38,491 nucleotides of DNA from Candidatus Tharpella aukensis (GCA_021163445.1 JAGGWR010000032.1:1-38491); one strand, 5' to 3'; shown: positions 8,975 to 19,150, counted from the stretch's first letter. The notes: generated by a model from the letters alone, not told the origin. Made by a program: numbers and translations.

Positions 8975-11811
8975 GTCAACACCCCACATAGACACTGCCC
9001 GGTTGCCGACTCTTTTACTTTCGCCACCTCTTCCGGGGTGCCGCAGGCAACCAGGCGGCCGCCGCCAACCCCGCCGTCCGGGCCTAAATCGATAAGATAG
9101 TCAGCCGCCTTGATAATATCAAGGTTGTGTTCGATAACAATTACCGAATTGCCTTCATCAACCAACCTCTGCAAAACCTTGAGCAACTGTTTAACATCAT
9201 GAAAATGGAGTCCGGTAGTCGGCTCGTCAAGAAGAAAAAGGGTGCGCCCGGTGGCCCGTTTGGCCAACTCACGGGCCAATTTCACCCGTTGTGCTTCACC
9301 GCCGGAAAGAGTCACCGCAGCCTGGCCTAACGTCATATAGCCGAGACCGACATCTTTTAAAACCTCTAATTTTCCGATTACCCGAGGGATGGCGGCAAAG
9401 AATTCAGCCGCCTGATTAATCGTCATGGCTAACACTTCCGCAATATTCGACCCCTTATAGCGAACTTCGAGAACCTCACGGGTAAACCGCTGCCCGCCGC
9501 AGGAATCACACTTGACAAAGATATCGGGTAGAAAATGCATCTCGACCCGGGTAAAACCATCCCCTTTACAAGCTTCGCAACGACCTCCTTTAACATTAAA
9601 ACTAAAACGTCCCGGTTTATATCCCCGGATTCGCGCCTCCGGTAAACCGGCAAAAAGCTCACGAATCGGCGTAAAGAGACCGGTATAGGTAGCCGGATTG
9701 GAGCGCGGCGTCCGCCCGATCGGACTTTGGTCGATATTAATAACTTTATCGAGCTGATCCAGACCTGCAAGTTCCTGAAAAGAGCCGACCGGATAACGGT
9801 CACTGTAAAGATGATTATGCAGAGCCGGATAGAGAGTTTCGTTAATCAGACTGCTTTTTCCGGAACCTGAAACCCCGGTAACACAAAGCAGTAGACCAAG
9901 GGGAAATTTAACATCAATACTCTTAAGATTATGTTGTGATGCACCTTTAAGAGTAAGAGAATAGTGCCAATTCAGCGGACGCCGTTGCGGAATCTCAATT
10001 TTTTTGCGCCCGGAGAGATAGAGACCGGTCAAAGAATCGCCCGCCGCGATCTCTGCGGGTCTCCCTTGAGCAACCACCTCGCCGCCGAGACGCCCGGCTC
10101 CGGGCCCCATATCGATAACCTGATCCGCCGCCATAATCGTCTCCTGATCATGTTCGACCACGAGCAGCGAATTACCCAAGTCGCGCAGCTTCATCAAAGC
10201 CTTAAGCAGACGCAGGTTATCGCGCTGATGCAGACCGATACTGGGTTCATCAAGAACATATAAAACCCCGGTCAAACCCGAACCGATCTGGGTTGCCAGG
10301 CGGATACGTTGCGACTCCCCACCGGAGAGTGTGGCACTGGCCCGCTCCAGGGTCAAATAGTCAAGGCCAACATCAATCAAGAACTGCAAACGAGAAAAAA
10401 GTTCACCAAGAATCCGCCGGGCGATTGTCTGCTGAGCCGGAGGCAGTACCAGATCAGTTAAAAATTCCCGGGTTCGGGGCAACGATAAACAGGTTAATTC
10501 ATAGATATTCAGACCCGCCACTTTAACCTGAAGGCTATTCTGATTTAAACGGCTGCCCTGACAAAAAGAACATGGTTTGGGTGAAAGATAGCGCAGCAAT
10601 TCGCTGTCATTCTCGCCCGCCGCCTTCTCATAGCGCCTTTTCAAATTTGGAACAACCCCTTCAAATCTTCTCTCTGAAGAGTTCTGATAACGACCTTCGG
10701 CCAGCAAACCGGGGATTTTAACGCGCCCCGAGCCCGCCATAATCACCTTTTTAATCTTGGGCGAAAGTTCCGCAAAAGGAACCGTCAGCGAAAAATCGTA
10801 ATGCCGCGCCAGCGGTTCTAAAACTTCACTGCGATAGAAAGAGAGAGAGCGGCGCCAGGGAGCAATCGCCCCCTGATTGAGACTTAAAGCCGGATCGGGA
10901 ACAATCAAATCACTATCAAAAACCAGATCGCGCCCCAAACCGCTGCATTCGGGACAGGCGCCATGCGGATTATTAAAGGAGAAAAGGCGGGGAGAAAGCT
11001 CAGCAAAACTAATACCGCAATCACTACAGGCCAGACGCCGGGAGAAGAGCAGGCGCTCCCCATCGACAACCTGCACAACCACCAGATCGTCGGCTTTGTC
11101 CATCGCCAACTCCAATGAATCTACGAGACGACCGCGACTTTCGGAACTTGAAACCAAACGGTCAACCACCAACGAGATATCATGAAAACTATTGCGCTCG
11201 AGAAGCGGCGGCGAGTCAAGACGATAGATCTCACCATCCACCTCAATCCGCAAAAATCCCTGACTCTGCAAATCGCTGAAAAGTTTGCGATACTCCCCCT
11301 TGCGCCGACGCACGAGCGGAGCCATAACCATCAATTTAGTTCCGCCGGGCATTTTCTCAACCGCATCAGCAATCTGATCTACGGTCTGCGACGTAATCGG
11401 CTTCCCGCATTGCGCGCAGTAAGCGACCCCGACCCGAGCATAAAGCAAACGTAGGTAATCATAGATTTCAGTCACTGTTCCGACGGTTGAACGAGGGTTA
11501 TGAGAAACCTTTTTCTGCTCGATAGAGATCGCCGGAGAGAGACCCGAAATCTCATCAACATCGGGTTTTTCCATAAGTTGGAGAAACTGCCGGGCGTAGG
11601 CCGAAAGCGACTCAACGTAACGTCTTTGTCCCTCAGCATAGATCGTGTCAAAAGCCAGCGACGATTTACCTGAACCACTTAAACCGGTTATAACCACAAA
11701 CTGCCGCCGCGGTATGGATAAACTGATATCTTTCAGGTTATGTTCTCTGGCACCTTTAATAATAATCTCTTCCACAAACCACCATCTTGAAAATTTTTCT
11801 TGAAAAACCAT
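8971..11811 (-). CDS. uvrA: Excinuclease ABC subunit A
   Basis: 946 aa. It starts IKGAREHNLKDISL and has two ABC ATPase modules (GLSGSGKSS, GVSGSGKSS, LSGGE) plus zinc-finger Cys clusters. The true start may be the GTG at 11775. Confidence 0.95.
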   Translation of the reverse strand: MVFQEKFSRWWFVEEIIIKGAREHNLKDISLSIPRRQFVVITGLSGSGKSSLAFDTIYAEGQRRYVESLSAYARQFLQLMEKPDVDEISGLSPAISIEQKKVSHNPRSTVGTVTEIYDYLRLLYARVGVAYCAQCGKPITSQTVDQIADAVEKMPGGTKLMVMAPLVRRRKGEYRKLFSDLQSQGFLRIEVDGEIYRLDSPPLLERNSFHDISLVVDRLVSSSESRGRLVDSLELAMDKADDLVVVQVVDGERLLFSRRLACSDCGISFAELSPRLFSFNNPHGACPECSGLGRDLVFDSDLIVPDPALSLNQGAIAPWRRSLSFYRSEVLEPLARHYDFSLTVPFAELSPKIKKVIMAGSGRVKIPGLLAEGRYQNSSERRFEGVVPNLKRRYEKAAGENDSELLRYLSPKPCSFCQGSRLNQNSLQVKVAGLNIYELTCLSLPRTREFLTDLVLPPAQQTIARRILGELFSRLQFLIDVGLDYLTLERASATLSGGESQRIRLATQIGSGLTGVLYVLDEPSIGLHQRDNLRLLKALMKLRDLGNSLLVVEHDQETIMAADQVIDMGPGAGRLGGEVVAQGRPAEIAAGDSLTGLYLSGRKKIEIPQRRPLNWHYSLTLKGASQHNLKSIDVKFPLGLLLCVTGVSGSGKSSLINETLYPALHNHLYSDRYPVGSFQELAGLDQLDKVINIDQSPIGRTPRSNPATYTGLFTPIRELFAGLPEARIRGYKPGRFSFNVKGGRCEACKGDGFTRVEMHFLPDIFVKCDSCGGQRFTREVLEVRYKGSNIAEVLAMTINQAAEFFAAIPRVIGKLEVLKDVGLGYMTLGQAAVTLSGGEAQRVKLARELAKRATGRTLFLLDEPTTGLHFHDVKQLLKVLQRLVDEGNSVIVIEHNLDIIKAADYLIDLGPDGGVGGGRLVACGTPEEVAKVKESATGQCLCGVLT

Positions 11812-11870
11812 AGTTTTTCAGTTAGGAATAGAAAATCAAATATATTGATCTAATAATTAAGGACTCTGAT

Positions 11871-13205
11871 ATGATAAAAGTTCCCCTGTTCGCTTTCACC
11901 ATTATCTCATTTTTTCTCTACCTGTTTGCCCCCGCCACCGCCCAAGCCGGGGAGACCGATTTTCGCCTTATCTATATAGGCTCTCTCTCGGGCTATGTCA
12001 AACTCTGCGGTTGACACAAAAAACAGGCGGGCGGTCTAGCTCGCCAGAAAACCGCAGTCGATATACTACGCCGGGATGCAGGCCCCGGCAAGAGCCTCTT
12101 TATCAACTGCGGCAACCTGACCAAAAGAACCACCAAAAACGATTTCAAGGTCAAACAAGAGGTTCTCAAAACCGCCCTCCAAGGCTATAAAATGATCGGC
12201 ACCGAGGTTCTCACCCCGGGCGCCCAGGAGTTAATTTACGGTCACAAGATTATGGATTCTTTGCATGAACATACCCCCGCAACTACCTTTCTCTGTGCTA
12301 ATCTGGTCAATCCGCAAATTCCGGAGTTCGAGACCCATAAAGTTTTCACGATCAACAATAAGAGGGTACTGGTGACTTCGATTATCGATCCTGGTCTTGA
12401 AAGAAAAGCGATTCATGGCCTCCAGATCGCAGAGCCTCTTCCAGCCTTGGAAAAAATTCTCAAAATACCACATGATCTAGCCATTGCAGTTCTCCACTTT
12501 TCCGACGCCAAGGCGCGCCGCTTCATGCGCAGCGTTACCGGGCTTGATATCGCTATTTTTGCCACCCAACGGGGAACCATGAAAGAGAGTGAATTTATCA
12601 ATGGCTGCTGGCTGCTCAAAAATAACAACCACGGCAAAACCATCGGCTATCTGGATTGGGATTTTACTACCGGAAAACCGAGTACTGCCAAACTTATCCA
12701 GATTAACAAAATGGCCTATGATGCCGACTCGAAAATTGCCGAGTTGGTTAATAAATATGAGACCTGGGTGCGAAAGCACTATATTGAGATGGAAAAAAAA
12801 AGAGATAAAACCACAGCTGACCTGACAATTAAAATTCCCTATGTCGGCAGTCAGAACTGCGGCACCTGTCACCCCCAAATTACGGCCTCATGGCAAAACA
12901 CGGAACATGCCCGAGCTTACGCCAGCCTCCAGAAAAAATGCAAGGATTTCTGCCCTGACTGCCTGCCCTGTCACGTCACCGGCAGCCGGGAACATGACAA
13001 GCAGGGATTTCGTTCTCCGACCGACACCCCCAACCTCTTCAACATCCAATGTGAAGAGTGCCACGGCCCGGCCGAGGATCATATCAAAAATCCGAAATCC
13101 CCATATGGACTAAAAATTGATGCCTCGACCTGCACTATCTGCCACACCGCCAACAACGACCCGGAGTTCTTCTTTAAAGATGATGTCCAGTTGATCACTC
13201 ACTGA
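11871..13205 (+). CDS. Putative selenocysteine-containing periplasmic tetraheme c-type cytochrome: signal peptide, degenerate 5'-nucleotidase/metallophosphatase-like domain with a C-G-U motif, and a cytochrome c554-like 4x CxxCH domain
   Basis: The ORF track reports only 12192-13205, which carries CGTCH, CLPCH, CEECH and CTICH. The same frame is open upstream to a single TGA at 12012-12014. It continues to ATG 11871, which has an AAGGA SD and a signal peptide MIKVPLFAFTIISFFLYLFAPATAQA|GE. A SECIS-like hairpin follows the TGA. The conceptual product is 444 aa with Sec at residue 48. Confidence 0.7.
12012..12045 (+). promoter_or_regulatory. In-frame UGA plus candidate bacterial SECIS hairpin
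   Basis: UGA is at 12012-12014. The stem pairs GGCGGGC (12026-12032) with GCUCGCC (12039-12045): 7 bp including one G.U. The apical loop is GGUCUA (12033-12038), and its first G lies 21 nt from the U of UGA. The loop resembles the GGUC loop of E. coli fdhF SECIS. Confidence 0.65.
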
Positions 13206-13230
13206 AAATAGGCCGGAGCAGAAATAAAAA

Positions 13231-13258
13231 AGCAGAGAGTGTATCCACACTCTCTGCT
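13231..13258. terminator. Bidirectional rho-independent terminator between the convergent cytochrome and acyl-CoA ligase genes
   Basis: A perfect 12-bp stem AGCAGAGAGTGT / ACACTCTCTGCT has the loop ATCC. It is flanked by an A-run upstream (AAATAAAAA) and a T-run downstream (TTTTTTATTT). Confidence 0.85.
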
Positions 13259-13310
13259 TTTTTATTTAATCACAGTCATCATCTTCCGACAGATAATAAC
13301 AAACCAAAAA

Positions 13311-14900
13311 CTAAACCAAGCTCTGAAAAGCCTCTTTACGACCGGTATATTTCTCCCGCATCTGCGGTTTCATCAGTTTACCGGTCGGATTACGCATTAC
13401 CGTATCAAATTTGACAACCCGTGGCAACTTATAGGTCGAAAGCCGGGTTTTAGCAAACTCAAGAAGCTCTTCCTCAGTCAAGGTTTTCCCCTCTTTAAGC
13501 TGGACAATAGCCATTACCGCTTCAACCAGGCGTTCATCAGGAGTCCCGATACAAGCGACATCATCAATATCAGGATGTTCCATCAGAGCATCCTCGATCT
13601 CAACCGGGAAAATATTTTCGCCGCCGCTGGTAATCATATCTTTTTTTCGATCTACGATATAGTAGTAACCATCGGCATCGGTCTTTAAAAGATCTCCCGT
13701 ATAAAGCCAGCCATCCTTCAATGATTCCGTCGTCAGCTCAGGATTACCAAAATAGCCCTTCATCATCCGCGGCGTCTTAAAGATCAACTCACCAACCGCA
13801 TCAGGCGCAACCTCATTACCGGCAAAATCGACAAGCCTGGCATCAACCCCAAAAGTCGGTTTACCAATGGAACCCGGACGCTTTAAAACTTCTTCTGGAT
13901 AGAGGTTAAAAATCCCCCCGCCGCCGCCTTCGGTGATACCGTAGATATTAGAGACCCCGCAAGGCAATACTTTGACAAGACGTTTCATCACGTCAAAAGG
14001 CACCGGTTGAGCCCCAATTTCCATGTATTTCCAAGCTGAAAGATCATAATCTTCAAGTTTGATATCACCCTTATCGATAGCATTAAGAATGGCTATTGCA
14101 ATCGGCACAACAAAAAGGACATCGGTAACTTTCTCTTCAGCCAAAGCTTCGATAATCCATTTGGGATCCTTAAGATCGCGAAGAATTGTACCGGTAGCTC
14201 CGGTGGCATAAAAAGGTGCCCAGAGAAACATCGTGCCACTATGATAGAGGGGTAAAAAGAAGAGATAATTGTCGTTCTTTTCGACAAAATAGCTCATGCC
14301 GTTACCGATAGCCGTACTGTTGAGAGAGAAATGGGTGTGAAGCACCGGTTTCGGCTTGCCCGTGGTACCGGAGGTGAACATCATCGCCAGAGCGGCATCG
14401 GCCTCGACCTCAAGCAGAGCTTCGGAGGTATCGTCGTAGTCGGCCAGTACACAATAATCGATCATCCCTTCGCCGATTTTATCACCGACGCAGATGTAAT
14501 TCTTGACCGTCAAAAGCTCTTCCCGAACCGGTTCCACAACCGCCAGAAACTCGGAACCTAGGATAAAGGCTTTGGGATTGGAGACCTCGGCCGCAAATTT
14601 AATATCACTGCCGACAAAACGAAAATTGAGCGGCACGACAACCGCCCCGAGCTTGATGATGGCATAGTAACTGACAAGCCACTCCAGGCTGTTGTTTTGC
14701 AGGTGCATAACATAGTCACCCGACTCGATAGAGAGTTCATTTTTCAGATAATTGGCAACCCGGTTAATCGATTGATTAAACTCTTTCCAGGTTAAAGTGC
14801 GCCGTTCACCAGTCGCCGGGGTACGTTCGATTAAACAGGTTTTTTCAGGTAGATTATGGGCATGCAGGCAGGCATAGTTGGCATAATTCATAATTCTCAC
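13311..14900 (-). CDS. AMP-dependent acyl-CoA synthetase/ligase (class I adenylate-forming enzyme)
   Basis: 529 aa. It carries the AMP-binding motif MFTSGTTGKPKPV, plus YGITEGGG, GWLYTGDL and VDRKKDMITSGGENIFP. The substrate cannot be inferred. Confidence 0.88.
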   Translation of the reverse strand: MRIMNYANYACLHAHNLPEKTCLIERTPATGERRTLTWKEFNQSINRVANYLKNELSIESGDYVMHLQNNSLEWLVSYYAIIKLGAVVVPLNFRFVGSDIKFAAEVSNPKAFILGSEFLAVVEPVREELLTVKNYICVGDKIGEGMIDYCVLADYDDTSEALLEVEADAALAMMFTSGTTGKPKPVLHTHFSLNSTAIGNGMSYFVEKNDNYLFFLPLYHSGTMFLWAPFYATGATGTILRDLKDPKWIIEALAEEKVTDVLFVVPIAIAILNAIDKGDIKLEDYDLSAWKYMEIGAQPVPFDVMKRLVKVLPCGVSNIYGITEGGGGGIFNLYPEEVLKRPGSIGKPTFGVDARLVDFAGNEVAPDAVGELIFKTPRMMKGYFGNPELTTESLKDGWLYTGDLLKTDADGYYYIVDRKKDMITSGGENIFPVEIEDALMEHPDIDDVACIGTPDERLVEAVMAIVQLKEGKTLTEEELLEFAKTRLSTYKLPRVVKFDTVMRNPTGKLMKPQMREKYTGRKEAFQSLV

Positions 14901-14913
14901 ACTCCTTAGAACT

Positions 14914-15097
14914 TTAAAAAAATTGGTAACTATTCAGGTGACAACTATAAAGCTTTAACAAATAACGACGAACGTCGCTTCGCCCACTTCGAGGGGGACA
15001 CAGCTCAGCTCGTCACGGGCTTAAAGCCCGGCCTGGAGGTATGTCCCCACACCAAGGTAATTTGAAGACAGCAACTGAATAGTTAAAAAATTGGTAA
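14914..15097. repeat. Inserted palindromic element (family C) flanked by a 15-16-nt direct repeat
   Basis: TTAAAAAAATTGGTAA (14914-14929) and TTAAAAAATTGGTAA (15083-15097) flank a segment of about 155 nt. Its inverted ends are AACTATTCAGGTG (14928-) and CAACTGAATAGTT (-15084). The GC-rich internal hairpin is GGGGGACA...CGGGCTTAAAGCCCG...TGTCCCC. Confidence 0.55.
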
Positions 15098-15163
15098 TTT
15101 TAAAACGAAGTGCTAGGTTCGACTGCAAGAACCGTACTATCTGAAAAAAATGGTGGCTGACTA

Positions 15164-16372
15164 CTAACTCCGGTAGTCGGCGTTGATTGAGATATATTCG
15201 TGGGTCAGGTCGGAAGTTAGGAGGGTGAACTCATCTTCACCTGATTGCAGGTCAATTTTCACCATAAATTCAGGCTGCCGTAATACTGCCGCACCATCCT
15301 CTTCTTGATAAAGGGGATCACGAACGCCGCCGGTAACGACCCTGATTTGATCAAAATTTATATTAACCAGCTCAGGATTAATCTTGACCCCGGCATAGCC
15401 GACAGCCGCAATAATCCGCCCCCAATTGGCATCCTGACCAAAAAAAGCGGTCTTGACCAAGGCTGAATTGGCCACCGCCCGACAGATTTTTTCGGCTGCA
15501 TCAATGTTTAAGGCCCTGACAACCTTAATTTCAACGACTTTAGTCGCACCTTCGCCATCCTTGACAATCATAAAGGCCAACTCACGGGCTATCTGCAGAA
15601 GGCCGCCTTCCAAAGCTTCAAGGTCTGAAGAACTTGTCAAGTAACAACCGGAGACCCCGTTGGCCAAGGCTAAAACTGTATCATTGGTACTCATATCTCC
15701 GTCAACACTGATCCGGTTAAAACTTTTATCAACCACCCGCTGCAACATTGCCTGCCAGGTCTGCCGATCAATTTCGGCATCGGTCAAAAGGTAGGCAAGC
15801 ATCGTCGCCATATCGGGATGAATCATACCCGCACCTTTGGCAAGCCCGGTCAGGGTCACCAACCCTTGACTGGTCTCAATTTCGATACCAACAGTTTTCG
15901 GCACCTGATCAGTTGTCATAATCGCCCGAGCTGCGGCTGCCAGATCTGCTTTCGGCAGAGCTTCACCCTCGAGACCGGAAACCAGGGGTTCTACCCCTTT
16001 AAGCACCGTAGTCACGGGAAAAGGTTCGCCAATAACCCCGGTTGAAGAGATAAATATCTCCGCAGGAGAAAGTTTTAAGGCAGCAGCCAGAACCTCGACC
16101 ACGGTTAAAACATCGACCTCACCCTGATGACCGGTACAGGCATTAGCATTACCGCTGTTAATCATAACCGCACGCAGATCTGAACCTTCGGCCAACTGTC
16201 TGCGACCATAAAGTACCGGGGCCGCCGGAAACCGGTTTTTGGTAAAAACTGCGGCAGCGACAGCCGGGCAATCACTCAACAAAAGAGCCAAATCGAGAGC
16301 CTCACCCGGCTTCAAACCACAATGCACCCCGGCAAAACGATAACCCGGACAAATTTTTATATTTTCAGGCAT
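15164..16372 (-). CDS. argJ: Bifunctional ornithine acetyltransferase / N-acetylglutamate synthase
   Basis: 402 aa. It contains GMIHPDMATMLAYLLTDA, which includes the autoprocessing ATML site, and NSGNANACTG. Confidence 0.93.
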   Translation of the reverse strand: MPENIKICPGYRFAGVHCGLKPGEALDLALLLSDCPAVAAAVFTKNRFPAAPVLYGRRQLAEGSDLRAVMINSGNANACTGHQGEVDVLTVVEVLAAALKLSPAEIFISSTGVIGEPFPVTTVLKGVEPLVSGLEGEALPKADLAAAARAIMTTDQVPKTVGIEIETSQGLVTLTGLAKGAGMIHPDMATMLAYLLTDAEIDRQTWQAMLQRVVDKSFNRISVDGDMSTNDTVLALANGVSGCYLTSSSDLEALEGGLLQIARELAFMIVKDGEGATKVVEIKVVRALNIDAAEKICRAVANSALVKTAFFGQDANWGRIIAAVGYAGVKINPELVNINFDQIRVVTGGVRDPLYQEEDGAAVLRQPEFMVKIDLQSGEDEFTLLTSDLTHEYISINADYRS

Positions 16373-16378
16373 TGGACT

Positions 16379-19042
16379 TTATTTCCCACAACATTTCTTG
16401 TATTTTTTACCGCTGCCACAGGGACAGGGGTCGTTACGACCAACTTTTTGACCGCCGACTACCGGCTTTTGCTTGCCGTCCTCGCCGCGACGACCGCGAG
16501 AAAAAACTAACTCATTTTCCTGGCGCGACTGCTGATCAAGCTCTTCGACCTCATCCTCACGAGTTACCTGGATATGGAAAAGCTGGCCGACGACATCTTC
16601 CTTGACCCGCTCGATCATATCGGCAAACATTTCGAATCCCTCACGCTGATACTCACGCAGAGGATCTTTCTGTCCGTAACCGCGCAAGCCAATCCCTTCC
16701 TTAAGCTGATCGATAGCATAAAGATGATCTTTCCACAGATTATCTATAGTATGAAGAAGAATAATCTTTTCCAGCTGGCGTACGGTTTCAACGCCCATCT
16801 CAACTTCTCTGGCCGCATAATTTTCCCGGACAAGCTCCTGCAAGCGCTCTTTTAGAAGTTCCGAATCATCAAGTTGGGCCAACTCCGACTCTTCAGAAAA
16901 ATCGACCGCCAGAGCAAATGAACGCTGTAAGCCGACCGCCAAAGAGTCATAGTCCCATTCGGCACTATTACGGGAGCCGACAGTAGCCGCCTCGAGCATC
17001 TCCTCGACGACATCCTCAACATATTCTATAACCAGACTGCGCAGATCATCGTCACCCAAAACCTCGCGCCGCAGAGCGTAGATGGTTTCGCGCTGCTTGT
17101 TCATGACATCATCATACTCAAGCAACTGTTTACGGATATCAAAGTTGTGCCCCTCAACCCGCCGCTGGGCATTTTCGATCGCCTTGGAGATCATACCGTG
17201 TTCAATCGGTTCGCCCTCTTCAATACCCAGGGTATCCATAACCTTGGCAATGCGCTCGGAGCCGAAAATCCGCATCAGATCATCCTCCAGGCTGAGATAA
17301 AAACGGGATGAACCGGGATCTCCCTGACGACCGGAACGCCCTCTCAACTGATTATCGATACGCCGACTCTCATGACGTTCGGTGCCCAGAATATGTAATC
17401 CTCCGGCGGCCAGAACCTCCTCACGCTCCGCATTACACTGCTTACGAAAACCGGCAATAATCTGTTCGCGCTCATCTAAACTCATATCTTCCTTAAGTTT
17501 AGATTTGGCCATCATTTCGGGATTGCCGCCCAACACAATATCAGTTCCCCGACCGGCCATATTGGTGGCAATCGTTATCGCCCCTTTACGACCGGCTTGA
17601 GTAATAATCTCGGCCTCTTTTTCATGAAATTTGGCATTTAAAACTTCATGTTTAATCCCTTTCCGCTTAAGAACATTGCCTAAATTTTCAGAGTCTTCGA
17701 TTGAGATGGTTCCGACCAGAGCGGGCTGACCAGCCTCATGACAAGCTATAATCTCTTCAACAACGGCATTGTATTTCTCTTTTCCGGTCTTAAAAATCAC
17801 ATCCGGATTATCTTCTCTGATCATCGGCATATTCGTCGGCACAACGACTACTGCGAGACCATAAGTCTGAGTGAATTCAACCGCTTCGGTATCTGCGGTT
17901 CCGGTCATTCCGGCCAATTTGTCATACATGCGAAAATAGTTCTGGAAGGTAACCCCGGCCAAGGTTTGATTCTCGCGCTCAATTTTGGCCCCTTCCTTGG
18001 CCTCAAGAGCCTGATGCAGGCCATCACTATAACGCCGCCCATCCATCAGGCGGCCGGTAAATTCGTCAACAATAACAACTTTGTCATCTTTCACCACATA
18101 GTCAACATCACGCTTGAAAAGAACATGTGCTTTTAAGGCCTGATTGACATGGTGGAGGGTCTCGATCTGGGACGGTTCATAAAGATTTTTAACTTTAAGA
18201 AGCTCTTCGACGGCGGCGACCCCGGCATCAGTCAGGGTTGCTGAACGACTCTTCTCATCCAGCTCATAATCGGTCGGCTCCTCTAAAGCCTGATTACACT
18301 GGATTAATTTACGCATCGCTTTATCGATAACATAATATTTTTCTGTACTGTCATCAGTCGGCCCGGAGATAATCAGCGGGGTTCGCGCTTCATCAATAAG
18401 GATACTGTCAACCTCATCAACAATCGCGTAATAGAGGGGCCGCTGCGCGTAATCTTCGAGAGAAAATTTCATATTATCGCGCAGATAATCAAAACCGAAC
18501 TCATTATTGGTTCCGTATGTAATATCAGAACCATAAGCTATCTGGCGCTCCTGATCATCAAGCTCATGCAGGATAACCCCGACCGAAAGCCCCAAAAACT
18601 CATAAACCGTACCCATCCAGGCCGCATCTCGCCGAGCCAGATAATCGTTGACGGTGACAACATGCACACCTTTGCCAGCCAGAGCATTAAGGTAGACCGG
18701 CAGGGTCGCAGCCAGGGTCTTCCCCTCACCGGTTTTCATCTCCGCAATTTTGCCATCGTGAAGAACAATTCCACCCATAATCTGTGCATCAAAATGACGC
18801 ATCCCCAAGGTTCGGATTGCGGCCTCACGAACAACGGCAAACGCTTCCGGCAAAAGATCATCCAGCGTCACAACACCTTCTTTAAGACGTGACTTAAACT
18901 CATTGGTTTTTTCCTGGAGCTGACTATCAGAAAGCGCTTTAAGCGCCTCCTCTTCATCATTGACTCGCCTAACCAACCCTTGCATAGCTTTGATTTCACG
19001 ATCATTTTTGCTGCCGAATATCTTTTTCAGAATATTTGCCAT
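16379..19042 (-). CDS. secA: Preprotein translocase ATPase SecA
   Basis: 887 aa. It has MKTGEGKTL and [23 protein letters not shown]-like motor motifs, and the C-terminal zinc-binding tail [14 protein letters not shown]. Confidence 0.96.
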   Translation of the reverse strand: MANILKKIFGSKNDREIKAMQGLVRRVNDEEEALKALSDSQLQEKTNEFKSRLKEGVVTLDDLLPEAFAVVREAAIRTLGMRHFDAQIMGGIVLHDGKIAEMKTGEGKTLAATLPVYLNALAGKGVHVVTVNDYLARRDAAWMGTVYEFLGLSVGVILHELDDQERQIAYGSDITYGTNNEFGFDYLRDNMKFSLEDYAQRPLYYAIVDEVDSILIDEARTPLIISGPTDDSTEKYYVIDKAMRKLIQCNQALEEPTDYELDEKSRSATLTDAGVAAVEELLKVKNLYEPSQIETLHHVNQALKAHVLFKRDVDYVVKDDKVVIVDEFTGRLMDGRRYSDGLHQALEAKEGAKIERENQTLAGVTFQNYFRMYDKLAGMTGTADTEAVEFTQTYGLAVVVVPTNMPMIREDNPDVIFKTGKEKYNAVVEEIIACHEAGQPALVGTISIEDSENLGNVLKRKGIKHEVLNAKFHEKEAEIITQAGRKGAITIATNMAGRGTDIVLGGNPEMMAKSKLKEDMSLDEREQIIAGFRKQCNAEREEVLAAGGLHILGTERHESRRIDNQLRGRSGRQGDPGSSRFYLSLEDDLMRIFGSERIAKVMDTLGIEEGEPIEHGMISKAIENAQRRVEGHNFDIRKQLLEYDDVMNKQRETIYALRREVLGDDDLRSLVIEYVEDVVEEMLEAATVGSRNSAEWDYDSLAVGLQRSFALAVDFSEESELAQLDDSELLKERLQELVRENYAAREVEMGVETVRQLEKIILLHTIDNLWKDHLYAIDQLKEGIGLRGYGQKDPLREYQREGFEMFADMIERVKEDVVGQLFHIQVTREDEVEELDQQSRQENELVFSRGRRGEDGKQKPVVGGQKVGRNDPCPCGSGKKYKKCCGK

Positions 19043-19084
19043 GAAGTTTCAACCTCTTGAAATAGTGCCTGACTGAAATAAAAA

Positions 19085-19123
19085 GTCCTCGCAAAAAGAC
19101 GCCATACGACGCTTCACGAGGAC
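19085..19123 (-). terminator. Weak candidate terminator/attenuator between the M23 peptidase gene and secA
   Basis: On the minus strand a 7-bp stem GTCCTCG...CGAGGAC is followed by TTTTTATTT. The loop is long (25 nt), so support is weak. Confidence 0.3.
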
Positions 19124-19150
19124 ATTTGAGTTTATAAACCGCTGAACGTC

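Noticed and set aside
11871-12014. A stand-alone 47-aa ORF (signal peptide plus 21 residues) ending at TGA 12012-12014
   Set aside because: A product that is essentially only a signal peptide is implausible. The frame stays open beyond the TGA, continues the same domain, and is followed by a SECIS-like hairpin. I therefore merged it into the cytochrome gene as a Sec codon, which still needs verification.
13239-13688. A 149-aa + strand ORF overlapping the 3' end of the acyl-CoA ligase gene
   Set aside because: It lies antisense to a well-supported CDS and begins inside the terminator hairpin. It has no recognisable motifs.
14990-15050. A tRNA-like look to the family C core (GGGGGACACAGCTCAGC..., 7-bp closing stem, AGCTCAGC resembling a D-arm)
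   Set aside because: No cloverleaf can be drawn. There is only one internal 5-bp stem, with a 5-nt loop, no T-arm GTTCGAATC-type motif, and the length is about 57 nt. It is not a tRNA.
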